This document shows, one piece after another, positions 21,201-29,399 of a DNA stretch of 62,230 bases (positions are counted from its first letter, which is position 1; every line of letters begins with the position of its first letter). Location: IMG/VR virus record IMGVR_UViG_3300014501_000019, positions 1 to 62,230 of that record. One strand, written 5' to 3'. This DNA comes from a virus (taxonomy: Duplodnaviria > Caudoviricetes). The position numbers and the translations under genes were made by a program. The notes below the pieces were generated by a model, which made no database searches, was not told where the DNA came from, and saw nothing but the letters and a program-made list of their open reading frames with translations.

Positions 21201-22472
21201 TTCGTAAGCAGTTGCAGATCCGGGATTAGCGAAATCTGAGGCTTGAAAAGTATGGTATTGAGTGATATTCCCAACTACTACACCGAGAACTTCGCCGCCG
21301 TTAAGGGCAAAGGGTTCGGCAGCAACGGTTTGAAGAAGAGCTTTGGTAACACTGGTTTGTTGGCCGCCTGTAACTAATTGGAAGAACTTCTCACCACCTA
21401 AAGCACTGTTTACGATAGCCTCGATTGGGACACCAGTATGAGTTGCTTCTAGGATACCGCCATCATCGATATAAACTATAGTATTTGAAGAATTGTTAAG
21501 AACATCGGTGCTGACAATAGTATTTGAACTATTTGGATCTTGTACGCCTTGTAATGCCGATTCGATAGCGGTTACCGTCCCGAGTCCAGTAGAAGCGAGT
21601 GCATTTTGAACTCTAACTCGAAGTTGGTTGTCTGTCTCAAGGTCTTGGCCGGTAGTAATGGAAAGAGGATTTGTAACAGAAGCATTTGGTAGCCCTGAAG
21701 GATTTCCAGAGAATTGAGAAATTGCGCCTCCGGGAACATTACCAGCGGCTCCAGGAAGTAAGGCGGTGATTGGTATGTTAGAAGCAACAACCTCACCGTC
21801 AAGAATAATCCCTTGTTGTGTAACCGAATACTGAATAGTAGGAGTGGTGCCGATGCCAGGAGAAACAACGATAGTGTTGACTGGGACCGTTCTTACGCCA
21901 CCTTGAGACAAGATTACGTTTTCTCCTAAATTGTGATATTTAGTTGTTACGGAAGAAAGTGTAATTTGCCAAAATGAACCAATTGGAGTCGGGGCAACGG
22001 TATAGGCAAGTGGTCCTTCAACGTCTACAGTGCCTCTACCAATATAAACCGCTCCTGTTGCGGGGAACAAAGAAGCGTTCGAAACGTATATAATATTAGA
22101 ACCTATATTTGGTGGCTGAATTCCAGCATAAATAGTCGTAGAAATTTTTTGAAAGCTTAGATCGGTGACGGTGACAAAACCGGTAGCTGTTAAAGCGGGG
22201 AGGGGCGGAACATCATACTCGATCGCCAGATTTTGCAAACTTGGTCCAGTTGCCCTCGATAAATTAAAGTCACGAAGGATTTGAAATACGTCTCCGCTTG
22301 AACGACTCACCATCAAAGCGACCAATTTGAAAAAAGAAACGTTCGCACTTCCTACATTAAGATCGTTTGTGTTGATGCTAGAACTATAACTAGAAAGCAT
22401 CTGCCCCAAGATCTCTTCAAAACTTTGAGGTTGAGGCAACGACGAACTTGGTGGTGTGGGACTAGTGGCCAT
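15240..22472 (-). CDS. Giant baseplate J-like (gp6-type) protein with inserted domains including DUF3494
   Basis: N-terminal ATGPSLQNLA..PGAAGNV..GQDLETDNQLRVR and C-terminal IVETVRAIPGVTSV match baseplate J; ~1900-aa beta-rich insertion; DUF3494-like segment ~17305-17912. Confidence 0.8.
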   Translation of the reverse strand: MATSPTPPSSSLPQPQSFEEILGQMLSSYSSSINTNDLNVGSANVSFFKLVALMVSRSSGDVFQILRDFNLSRATGPSLQNLAIEYDVPPLPALTATGFVTVTDLSFQKISTTIYAGIQPPNIGSNIIYVSNASLFPATGAVYIGRGTVDVEGPLAYTVAPTPIGSFWQITLSSVTTKYHNLGENVILSQGGVRTVPVNTIVVSPGIGTTPTIQYSVTQQGIILDGEVVASNIPITALLPGAAGNVPGGAISQFSGNPSGLPNASVTNPLSITTGQDLETDNQLRVRVQNALASTGLGTVTAIESALQGVQDPNSSNTIVSTDVLNNSSNTIVYIDDGGILEATHTGVPIEAIVNSALGGEKFFQLVTGGQQTSVTKALLQTVAAEPFALNGGEVLGVVVGNITQYHTFQASDFANPGSATAYEVCASINGDTVLNFEAVTAGGGTYVVIRPEDEITNVIQITTPATTNVIDANTILQFPSQKAETLRLYKNGILLTEDGTTASIFTLSQGQWSNTLASGDTLSLAVDGTAPITYTLTNAMFVAEGTYTTLSASNSLQSWVNVLNSNITGITASIVGSTIEITSNLGPIDRAQVTVVNTISNPTSLISKGVISNIDLTSTGVQSDYILDRNTAQIQLDTALVKLDTLSAGTLITQAHIEAGNVSTGMVVLTENAHVWISIDTDAVIIPTIQSGSLLSVSKVSPNIIRYTSNSSTAFVNVIPGDYVIVWSAEIPSTDDIEGRVHAVTGSTLDIEVTVAEYGLVTPVSNATFIQGFVVVRTANVPQKFRVTTGTKTLQVIAAELQLQTDQLTFGVFDNTNITVVSNTFNTEGQIFVVTQDSFGALMGFTSGETNISQDALIAFYETEATQAELPLFFHSHFTADSYAEPIDSYLTSLSSSQSMSQFDPNELINFLHPYGVVPGTILDDEQPAEETVQMSTLAGTAVTILPVYPDVRRLRVNDRFYVANPLDFGYNDTVVAIVDNNTVGEAYTMPLYRTALVNSIFPLNNYSFDAYDTAAGATASFATNFNVPTFNSVFTTPTDFFANYKVLMQAKFVVSSAASNTSLLYRSALFGRSGENISVSYVYPTSANQPINSTVTPNNEVAVVISLLSGNPITSTIAANTQWNITITPNTPITGVDQVTYTWNTVGTNPNLTLSGGEYVTILPSTGFNIKDTGTFRVSTTITPTATSFSVPVPSGTAVAQSNAVTSVLNGISFFTATATTANAINAYVNANLSQYFTTTVVNGTGAGNIVLSTYENSGFTTPSYYFFDGINWIASSNVTGSPQFTLKTPLTYPSAAGYSFFTSGETIRLIPTTMDQVKDFWNVLAVTGFTTVGTVETSDRGTKLQLATNTIGSVGSIQIVGGSGNEYTVPVLTSGELLGNNEMVVSANNIASQAMMSDQWFRLQAQNFQNKDTGIGVNTSVTVLSNTPVAGESTVTLLNQEGNQLYFGGPRKNVSVEGRTFRIEKQGVLACLSWNGVGTSPGFNSVVNINDTGGFTVDISSTGTYTVVANPPQPPATFLGRAAPYGILAASAITNSVGTSVVNGDLGEYPGSTVTGAFTVTGTTNLGNTAADNAQTDAMSAYTTLNSHSSTNLGYNALDGHTVTAGYYTFPSGDVHLAQSGPGTFTINGSVTDIFVFQVPSTLTTGAGGVATIALTGGAIAANVYWVVGSSATINSGNAGTFNGNIIAEASITNTLGGTVNGSLIALTAAVTLSEPTTITVPSYTPEPTGTANFADLSIGDLITITGAANSANDGTFFVSAVALNGSSFSVDNPLAVVENGTTISAGAFTATSSVSEGDTMILSSPFSPLNQGEYRVIRSNHDSVWYENPEALSFPLATDLIEEEVTCVVNPITTGYDSTTTFNVTVVGGTASLVYTGTGTAPTLGVLLPGDVVTFGAGFTETEYTFTVTSANATVGATYINNGQTFTVSSTIAAGTTLTTIGTGAPTASGTLTKTSGTGDTTITFSAFTSLPANQGNFIVTGSGPAQQQIVQLIMPSGITFSDTGPGEYFEIYNGGNANKYYIWYNVLGGSNTDPAPAGFTGIEVSINSSDSSTTVANETYTAINGHLTAMTSSVSSNVVTVTATVPATTNSPVDVSMPAAFNFIITQLGQQTFLNVVNPTGVNQTGISSVTFTVNRPQIQFFPYDATVPGDKLSVNGSILGIGNAGTYKILQVLNPDTIVVSGVIGQQFGTSLGANYVSLSVQEGTAYTGYKQVAYVSPQLGVSNFNNIIFNTSAQYDKIDLSAGVVMVSLGKLNFPTTVRTGIDSYNYDTGLIGQANRVIYGDPRDAITYPGVEAAGTNIFIREPLLKRIQIALAIRTNIGVSFAQITSQIQSSVYALIQANPLGQSIDCSSIVETVRAIPGVTSVVLTSPTYDLAQDEIQLVTGEKAFIVNQVSDISVSLIGS

Positions 22473-22487
22473 TGGATCTCCTAATAG

Positions 22488-22496
22488 ATAAGATTG
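22488..22496 (-). promoter_or_regulatory. CAATCTTAT motif
   Basis: Upstream of the AGGAG RBS and ATG 22472. Confidence 0.7.
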
Positions 22497-22499
22497 TCA

Positions 22500-23498
22500 T
22501 TAAAGAATACTCATTTCCTTGAGCTTCTCCCGATCCCAAAGTTCAGCATCTGGAAATTGGGTTTTAAACCAGTCCCATTTAAGTTGTGAACAGGGTCTCA
22601 TATATCCCTTAATCTCTACCCATTTGTTTTCATTGATTAAAAATAGATCCGGGCGATAAGTTGATATGTTTCCTTTGAGGGTTAATATAGGCGTAATAAA
22701 TACTTGTGGTTGCCAAAGAAAGTCTATTCTATTGGTATTAAGATAGTCCACGACTTTAGGCTCATAAGACGCTTTGCATATCAATTCTTCACCTGTTTTC
22801 CAATGTAGTTTTACACATGTATTGTTTCCAGTTTTTGCGGCTTGTAAAGCTTTTTCTCTATTTTGGCTGATATTTTCTACTCCATATCTCGCCAAAGTAG
22901 TGGCCATAGCTTTAATTCGTGCCCTGACTTTATGCCCACACCCTCTCAAAACATTAGTTGGAAAAGCTTCCCAGCTACCGTAGTCCTTATCGATAAAAGT
23001 ACATTTTTCATGCGTCTTAACAAAAGTAGACTCATCCACTATTACCTGATCTCCGTGTACAGCGAAGATTTTTGATTTCAATTCTTCTATTGTCATTATA
23101 GCTTCTTTTGCTCTACCTTCAAAACTACTAGAAGCTCCGCTTAAAATACTCGCAGGAGTGGCCTTCCATTCCCCATATTTCCTGTTAATAAAAACACAAG
23201 GAGTATCTACGTTTACATAAGTACTTTCATCTAAAACAACGAGATCTCCGTGTATTTCCTTAATTCTATTTTTTATTTCCTCTATGGGGCATTTCTTATC
23301 TTCGGTGGCCGCCTTGAAATGGGTAGAACCTCTAGTTACACCTCTAGGAAAAGCTTTCCATGAACCATATATTTTGTGAATAAACGTGCAGTAAGAATTC
23401 ATATCGACATATGTAGATTCGTCTATAGATACCGAATCGCCGTGTGCTTCGAAAAGCCTACGTTTTACTTCTTCTATTTTCAATCTTGTTTTTCCCAT
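22500..23498 (-). CDS. PD-(D/E)XK-type putative homing endonuclease with N-terminal repeats
   Basis: Three HGD.V..DEST.V...C.FI...YG.W.A.P repeats; YRPDLF...WVEIKG. Confidence 0.75.
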   Translation of the reverse strand: MGKTRLKIEEVKRRLFEAHGDSVSIDESTYVDMNSYCTFIHKIYGSWKAFPRGVTRGSTHFKAATEDKKCPIEEIKNRIKEIHGDLVVLDESTYVNVDTPCVFINRKYGEWKATPASILSGASSSFEGRAKEAIMTIEELKSKIFAVHGDQVIVDESTFVKTHEKCTFIDKDYGSWEAFPTNVLRGCGHKVRARIKAMATTLARYGVENISQNREKALQAAKTGNNTCVKLHWKTGEELICKASYEPKVVDYLNTNRIDFLWQPQVFITPILTLKGNISTYRPDLFLINENKWVEIKGYMRPCSQLKWDWFKTQFPDAELWDREKLKEMSIL

Positions 23499-23520
23499 AA
23501 TTATCTTATATCATACACTA

Positions 23521-26205
23521 TTAAGCCGTAATAGGCAACTGGAATCCAATCGGAAACGTGCCACTCTGTCCTGCAAGTTGCACACCTAAGTTAATCCCCA
23601 AACTTGGTGGACTTATTGTCACTTGCAACCCGGATACCCCCTGGAACCTACTGTCTTGAGTAACCATGTTAACTATTTGATTATAAATGGTTTTTGCGTC
23701 TATATCTGAAACCATTGTACCGACTTTCACTCCTAGTCCAAAATTTTGATCGAGCAAACTACTATTCAATGGAGTTCCAAATTTAATCGCTAAGGCCTGG
23801 ACAAGATTCGTAATTCCTGCCGCCAACCTAAAGTCACCCGTATTAGTAAGTGCTAAATCTCCTTGAGGTGTCAGGAGCCAATCCACCTTCGAGAGACCCA
23901 CGAGATCTACGTTTGCCACCGACGCAGGTATATTTATTTGATCATCGGGAGCCGCTGGAAGATCGCTCGGCATCCAAATAACTTGCTGGCTGTTTACGGT
24001 CCCTGGTAAATACGCTTGGATATACGCTTGATCTGTTAACGTAAATACATCCAAATTAGCCAAACCATCCAAAGTGATCAAAAAAGTGGTCTGTGATAGC
24101 GGAACAATGTTAATGATAGTTCTAGCAGTGGCCATTTGTGTGTTAGAATATAGGAAAACTGTCTGACCAATATAAAGATCGGTGTCGCTTCCAATAACGA
24201 TGTTGCGTCCATCGGCGTTGCTAAGTAGTTGATATTGAAAGCCATTTTCATCGATATAAGGTTCTCTTAATTGATTTAATGTGGCAATTTCCAACCACCT
24301 TTGAGGATCTCCCAAGTAGCGCATAGCTATCTGCTCGATAGTCAATCCATATGGCACCGGCACTTGTATCTTACTGTTTGGTATAGAGAATTCAATCTGC
24401 GAAGTAGCCGCCAATGCATTCACGTATTGCATACTATTTAAAATCTGTTGATCATCCAATTGATTCGTAGCAGTAAGGACATCGTATGCTTGTACCAATT
24501 CATAAAAACTTTGCAAAATATCGAACTCATCCAAAGTCATCGGTTCAGATCTAACGATTGGCGCGGGTTGATTAAACAACGTGCTATAATAAGCATTCCC
24601 TGCACCAAACGAATTAGATAACTGCGTAGCTAATGTCAATATGGTCGCTTGCATGGTTTTCAAATTGGCAACCGTAAATTCGCTGACGTTAGTTAATTCA
24701 GTTTGCAACGCGTTTTGCTGCTGACTGTTTAAGGCCAAACTATTTACTGGAACCTGGCTAAAAAGTAATGGATATTGCAAAGGATTAGTAAACACAGCAT
24801 TGCTTGGATTTAAAGTAGATGATGCCGCAGCATTTGGACCTAATACACCGCTTGCCACTGTGGTCGTAGATAAGCCTTCATTTGTCGAAGTTAGCGCTAT
24901 AATAGCAGCAATAGCGGCCAAAGTAGTTACGTCTGTTGCCGCAGCTCCAAATAAATTATTTGGCTGTATGGTGGAAATAAAATTTGAAATAGTACTTTGA
25001 GTATCACCAACTAATTGCGCGGGAAGATCATTTACCGCAAGTGCTACTCCAGCAAGTTGCTTGACAAAAATTCCAGTTTGTCTGATAATGTTTAGGATAT
25101 TATCAACATCTGATCTTACGGCACCAATTAGAGCCGTTGCTGCGGCTGCCGTATTTTGAGCGGCTTGAATAGTGTTTAAAATTTGCTGCAGAATTCCAGG
25201 AGAAAGCGGAGTTACTTGAAGTGGGACCGTAGTTGTGGCGTTATTGAGATCGATTCTACGCCATGCTTTCAACTGAAGATTGTAATTAATCTCCATGGGC
25301 CTATTGACATTTTCATCCCACGTAAATCCAACAGGTGTTACTACAAAACTTTGTTTCTGTTTTGGAATATCGAAAACTAAACGGTAGCCAGCATTTGCGG
25401 GATTTCTCTTGGCTTCCGCGTACTGTTCTAGAAATTGCTGAAGCATGATTGTTTGATAGTATCCGGTGCCAGTTCCTCCATATTCGGGATCACTGGGATT
25501 TGAGATTACCGAATTTGCTGGTCCACTTTTATCGGGTCTAATAGTTACAGGTTTATTGGCTAGGGTTCCAGTCAATGCGGCATTGACTACGGTTTGAAAC
25601 TGACTCGCTACATTCTGTGCGGCTGCGATCGTTCCTCCAAAAATAGATTGCAAGGCACTAGGAGTTCCTGGAGGCTGTACAATAGCAGGCCTACCAGGCC
25701 AAACACCAAAGGTTCCTCGAACCACAATATTTTTAAATCTGACGCCAGAATGTTCTTCTAATACACCGCGTAATGTAGCGCTAGTATTAATAGCAAAAAC
25801 ATCTGAAATAGAAAGTTGTTGAGGCGTAATAGGTAAAGTAAAAGTCCAAGCCTGTGTCATGGGGATAAAAGCTAAAGTTCCATTCCCCAATGGATTAATC
25901 TGAACATTGGAAATAAGATTTCCGTTAACTACTTTATTGCCGTTCGCCGTATCCACTACCACAAGTCTATATGGAACCAATTTATCCCAGAGAGTTGGAT
26001 CTGGAATATAGTATGGAAAAAACGCGCTCTTAGTTGGTAAAGCCGAACTGGTTTGTCCTATTTGAGGTCCTGGGTTAGCCGTTCCAGCCCAAGGAAGATT
26101 ACCGGTATTGGGGATACTAGCAGATGTCAAATTGAGCCCAAGGTTAAGAGGGCCTAATCCAAGGTTTGAAGAGGGTAATGTGGTTGGAACGCCTAAACCT
26201 GCCAT
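23521..26205 (-). CDS. Baseplate protein: tube-initiator-like N-terminus, LysM-like domain, gp25-like C-terminus
   Basis: TLPITPQQLSI; TIEQIAMRYLGDPQRWLEIATLN (LysM-like); GDFRLAAGITNLVQAL...NFGLG...QDSRF (gp25/W-like). Confidence 0.7.
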   Translation of the reverse strand: MAGLGVPTTLPSSNLGLGPLNLGLNLTSASIPNTGNLPWAGTANPGPQIGQTSSALPTKSAFFPYYIPDPTLWDKLVPYRLVVVDTANGNKVVNGNLISNVQINPLGNGTLAFIPMTQAWTFTLPITPQQLSISDVFAINTSATLRGVLEEHSGVRFKNIVVRGTFGVWPGRPAIVQPPGTPSALQSIFGGTIAAAQNVASQFQTVVNAALTGTLANKPVTIRPDKSGPANSVISNPSDPEYGGTGTGYYQTIMLQQFLEQYAEAKRNPANAGYRLVFDIPKQKQSFVVTPVGFTWDENVNRPMEINYNLQLKAWRRIDLNNATTTVPLQVTPLSPGILQQILNTIQAAQNTAAAATALIGAVRSDVDNILNIIRQTGIFVKQLAGVALAVNDLPAQLVGDTQSTISNFISTIQPNNLFGAAATDVTTLAAIAAIIALTSTNEGLSTTTVASGVLGPNAAASSTLNPSNAVFTNPLQYPLLFSQVPVNSLALNSQQQNALQTELTNVSEFTVANLKTMQATILTLATQLSNSFGAGNAYYSTLFNQPAPIVRSEPMTLDEFDILQSFYELVQAYDVLTATNQLDDQQILNSMQYVNALAATSQIEFSIPNSKIQVPVPYGLTIEQIAMRYLGDPQRWLEIATLNQLREPYIDENGFQYQLLSNADGRNIVIGSDTDLYIGQTVFLYSNTQMATARTIINIVPLSQTTFLITLDGLANLDVFTLTDQAYIQAYLPGTVNSQQVIWMPSDLPAAPDDQINIPASVANVDLVGLSKVDWLLTPQGDLALTNTGDFRLAAGITNLVQALAIKFGTPLNSSLLDQNFGLGVKVGTMVSDIDAKTIYNQIVNMVTQDSRFQGVSGLQVTISPPSLGINLGVQLAGQSGTFPIGFQLPITA

Positions 26206-26208
26206 AAT

Positions 26209-26217
26209 ATAAGATTG
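26209..26217 (-). promoter_or_regulatory. CAATCTTAT motif
   Basis: 3 nt from ATG 26205, no Shine-Dalgarno. Confidence 0.7.
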
Positions 26218-26247
26218 TCGGTTTACTCCATATGATATATAGACGAT

Positions 26248-26766
26248 ATGAAGCTTACAAAAATTGTAATAGATTGTTTCTTATTGATTTTTTTATTATC
26301 TTGCTGTACATTTAACATAAGCGGCACTAGATTGATTCCAGAACATGAGGGTGTCGATCCTAAAATTGTACCATATGTGAATGAATACATGGATTTAGCT
26401 AAGATTATGGGAATCAAGTTCAAAAATAAAGTTAGTATTGGATTCAAGGATATTAATAGGGGCGTTATTATTGGCGAGTGTGTTTACGGTATCAATTTTA
26501 GAGAGATTAACATAGATAGGAATTATTGGGACCACGCTACTCCTATTAGTAAAAATACTCTTATATTTCATGAACTTGCACACTGTTATTGTGGTAGAAT
26601 ACACGATTATGGGCTTGGCAAAGAATATGAAAACGAATGGGAAGGACGTTTAGAAGATGGGTGTAAAACGAGTATCATGTCTCCTAAAATACTACCTGAT
26701 GATTGCATGGTCTCTCATTACAAGTATTATGTGGTGGAAGCCTTTGACCGGTGTCAACCTTACTAA
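26248..26766 (+). CDS. Exported or lipoprotein zinc metallopeptidase
   Basis: Signal-like N-terminus with LSC; HELAHCYCGRIH zinc motif and SIM Met-turn. Confidence 0.75.
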   Translation: MKLTKIVIDCFLLIFLLSCCTFNISGTRLIPEHEGVDPKIVPYVNEYMDLAKIMGIKFKNKVSIGFKDINRGVIIGECVYGINFREINIDRNYWDHATPISKNTLIFHELAHCYCGRIHDYGLGKEYENEWEGRLEDGCKTSIMSPKILPDDCMVSHYKYYVVEAFDRCQPY

Positions 26767-26770
26767 AAAT

Positions 26771-27121
26771 ATGATATTAAATATGGGAGATTCAATAATC
26801 ATTAAAACAGTTCTTGATAGATTTCTAGAATCTGAAGAAGCCACCTGGACAGAAATTGACGAAAATATTGATTTTATTAGTTATCTTAGCGATTCAGAAC
26901 TAATAAAAGAGTGTCAAATTAAATATGATTCGCACTGTATTGGAATTTTTAGATGTAATCAGGAACATCAACAACAGCATTGTTTTGCACCATTAGTTCT
27001 TGAAGCCGTGGAAGTAATTTTAGGCTTATATGAAAAAACTGGTGAACTTCATCCAAATCACTATTACATCCTATCTTACTATTTAGCAATGAGCGAAATG
27101 CGTATGATTTTTGTTTCTTAA
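26771..27121 (+). CDS. Hypothetical protein
   Basis: ORF following the peptidase. Confidence 0.55.
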   Translation: MILNMGDSIIIKTVLDRFLESEEATWTEIDENIDFISYLSDSELIKECQIKYDSHCIGIFRCNQEHQQQHCFAPLVLEAVEVILGLYEKTGELHPNHYYILSYYLAMSEMRMIFVS

Positions 27122-27711
27122 GAAATCGTGCCGGTCCCAGTTCCAGTGCCAGGCCCAGTTGGAGTACCTGTCCCAGTAATGGTTATTGTACCCGTGCCAG
27201 AAGAAGTGATTCCGCTACAAACTCCAGCCGCTATAGATGATGCGAGGTTGGCTCTATTTTTTCCTTTGGCTCCCGAATTTTGAAGTGCTGTGTCTATATC
27301 TTGTGCCATAACTGATGCTACAACTGTTATTGATCCAACAAGTATAGTGCCGGTTCCAATGTAAACCGGTGCATTTGTGGTAGTTAATACAGCGTTGCTT
27401 CCAAGATAAGAAATAACTGCATCCATAATTGCAGTCATTAAATCCACAGCTTTCGGTCCCCTACTTGTCATTATAGCTAAAGCGTCGTTTACCATTACGG
27501 AATCGACTAAGCCAGTAATTCCAGTTCCAATACCAGTTCCAATACCCGCTATAGTTCCAATATCTACGGTGGTGAATGTACTTGATATTACAGAGTTTAT
27601 TATGCCAGATGCTACTGAAAAACAGAATTTCTGGAGATTGGAGCCTTTAGCTCCTTGTTTTTCCAAATTGGATTGTATTAATAATGCTAGTCCAGAGGGC
27701 AATAAGGACAT
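27118..27711 (-). CDS. Putative baseplate-associated structural protein
   Basis: Internal two-fold repeat (LEKQGAKG / LQNSGAKG), GT-rich tail; next to the spike gene. Confidence 0.6.
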   Translation of the reverse strand: MSLLPSGLALLIQSNLEKQGAKGSNLQKFCFSVASGIINSVISSTFTTVDIGTIAGIGTGIGTGITGLVDSVMVNDALAIMTSRGPKAVDLMTAIMDAVISYLGSNAVLTTTNAPVYIGTGTILVGSITVVASVMAQDIDTALQNSGAKGKNRANLASSIAAGVCSGITSSGTGTITITGTGTPTGPGTGTGTGTIS

Positions 27712-27712
27712 A

Positions 27713-28528
27713 TTATTTTAATTTAATTCCTAAGCTTTTTAAATATTCTTCGTTTGCAAGTATCACGGGCTGAACCGTTTTGAAAAAATCAAACTTGAGT
27801 TTAGCATCTTTTCTAAACCATCCCTTTACTTCTACAAAAATATTCCATTCTGGAATCCAAAAGTCAGGGGTATAAAAACCAAAAGGAGTTTCGAAGGATT
27901 CTGGTTCATATGTCCACTTTATATTTTTGGAATCTAGATATTGAGCGAATTTTATTTCCCAACCAGAACGCATCTTAATACCGTTGTATTCTCCTTTAAA
28001 ACAATTTTTTACAGAATATCTATTAGCACATTTTTTTGAACAATAGGTATTTTTATATTTTTTTACTACGTTTGGTTTTTGTACATAATTGTTGCCACAT
28101 CTACAAGTCAATTCGATCGAGTTGTAACAATGATGTTCTTTGGTAGGAACCTTAGGCCTTTTCTTATTAGCAATTGTTGTCAGCTCGTTTCGTTTTTCAT
28201 TAAAAATCCCATTACATTTTCGAGAACAAAAATTAGCACTATTTTTTCTATTTTGACTTACATGAAACACTTTTCCACATTTGCAATGTTTTTCTATTTT
28301 ACCCTTATAGTTTGGATTGTTCTTTCCGATAACTGAAGGCCTACCTTTTACCATTTTTAATGTTAGTTGTTTTTTATCAGAAGATTTGTTATAACACCTA
28401 TAACAGTATTGGTAAGTCTTTTTTCTCAACATGTAAAATTGTTGGTATTGTTCTTTTTTACAAATATCGCACACAAAAAGGGCGCATCTTTTTTGTTTTA
28501 TTATTTTTATGTTTTCCCAATAAATCAT
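27713..28528 (-). CDS. PD-(D/E)XK-type putative homing endonuclease with zinc fingers
   Basis: C.CG...FCS.KC repeats; MRSGWE..WTYEP..YTPDF..VEVKG. Confidence 0.8.
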   Translation of the reverse strand: MIYWENIKIIKQKRCALFVCDICKKEQYQQFYMLRKKTYQYCYRCYNKSSDKKQLTLKMVKGRPSVIGKNNPNYKGKIEKHCKCGKVFHVSQNRKNSANFCSRKCNGIFNEKRNELTTIANKKRPKVPTKEHHCYNSIELTCRCGNNYVQKPNVVKKYKNTYCSKKCANRYSVKNCFKGEYNGIKMRSGWEIKFAQYLDSKNIKWTYEPESFETPFGFYTPDFWIPEWNIFVEVKGWFRKDAKLKFDFFKTVQPVILANEEYLKSLGIKLK

Positions 28529-28530
28529 AT

Positions 28531-29397
28531 CTAAATACCTGTTTTTACTTTTGAAAAACCAATACTAGGTTCTCCGTATATGCTATCGATCGTTGGCATT
28601 GATTTGTCGGTCAAAACCTGAGCTTCGCTTCCATTTAAATCTATCTCTGAACCCATAATAACAGCTTTTCCAGTTGCTGTCAAGTTACAATCGCCACCTA
28701 CAGTAATATTAGCATCTCCGCTAGTATTAATAGTAAGTACGCCACTCTTATCTGCGGTAATTGTAATAGTGCTATGATTAAACTGAAAGCTTCCATCTGT
28801 CATGATTTGGAATTCAGTTGGACCTTGACTAGAATCTACTGGCACACCTTTACTGTCCGTCGCACCATTAAATATGAGCGAACAACTGCCATCATTAGCT
28901 ATCGATATACTAACTCCATTATATTCCCCAGCTAATTGAGGATCGGTACTAGTGATATTGGTTGTGCGATCTGGATGAATTAAATTACTAACAACGATGG
29001 CCTTATCGCCAATGTTATCCAAACATTGAATCAAAACTATAGCTCCATCTTGATCACTGAATGTGACAGTTCCTTTATTGGTTTGAAATGTTTTTGGTCT
29101 CAAAGTGTATTCAAAATAATCAGCTAAAGAACCAAAGCCTTGTGTAGACAAACAATTCTTATAAGTAATGGAAGTGCTTCCTTTATTCTCAAACTGCTCA
29201 AACGTTACCACATCATATTCGGTACAAAGTCCATTTTGATTCGCGGGATCATCTGCGGCATACGACTTAATTACAATCCCAGCTTTTATACCAGTATTTC
29301 TATAGCTACGATTAAAAGCGGTTATGGCGGCCTCGGAACCCTGTTTACCTAGTAAGCCAGATGGCAATACAGTTCCATTATTCATCACATTACTCAT
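28531..29397 (-). CDS. Baseplate central spike-like protein (gp5/gpV type)
   Basis: OB-fold-like N-terminus followed by beta-helix-like repeats; follows the hub gene. Confidence 0.6.
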   Translation of the reverse strand: MSNVMNNGTVLPSGLLGKQGSEAAITAFNRSYRNTGIKAGIVIKSYAADDPANQNGLCTEYDVVTFEQFENKGSTSITYKNCLSTQGFGSLADYFEYTLRPKTFQTNKGTVTFSDQDGAIVLIQCLDNIGDKAIVVSNLIHPDRTTNITSTDPQLAGEYNGVSISIANDGSCSLIFNGATDSKGVPVDSSQGPTEFQIMTDGSFQFNHSTITITADKSGVLTINTSGDANITVGGDCNLTATGKAVIMGSEIDLNGSEAQVLTDKSMPTIDSIYGEPSIGFSKVKTGI

Positions 29398-29399
29398 AG

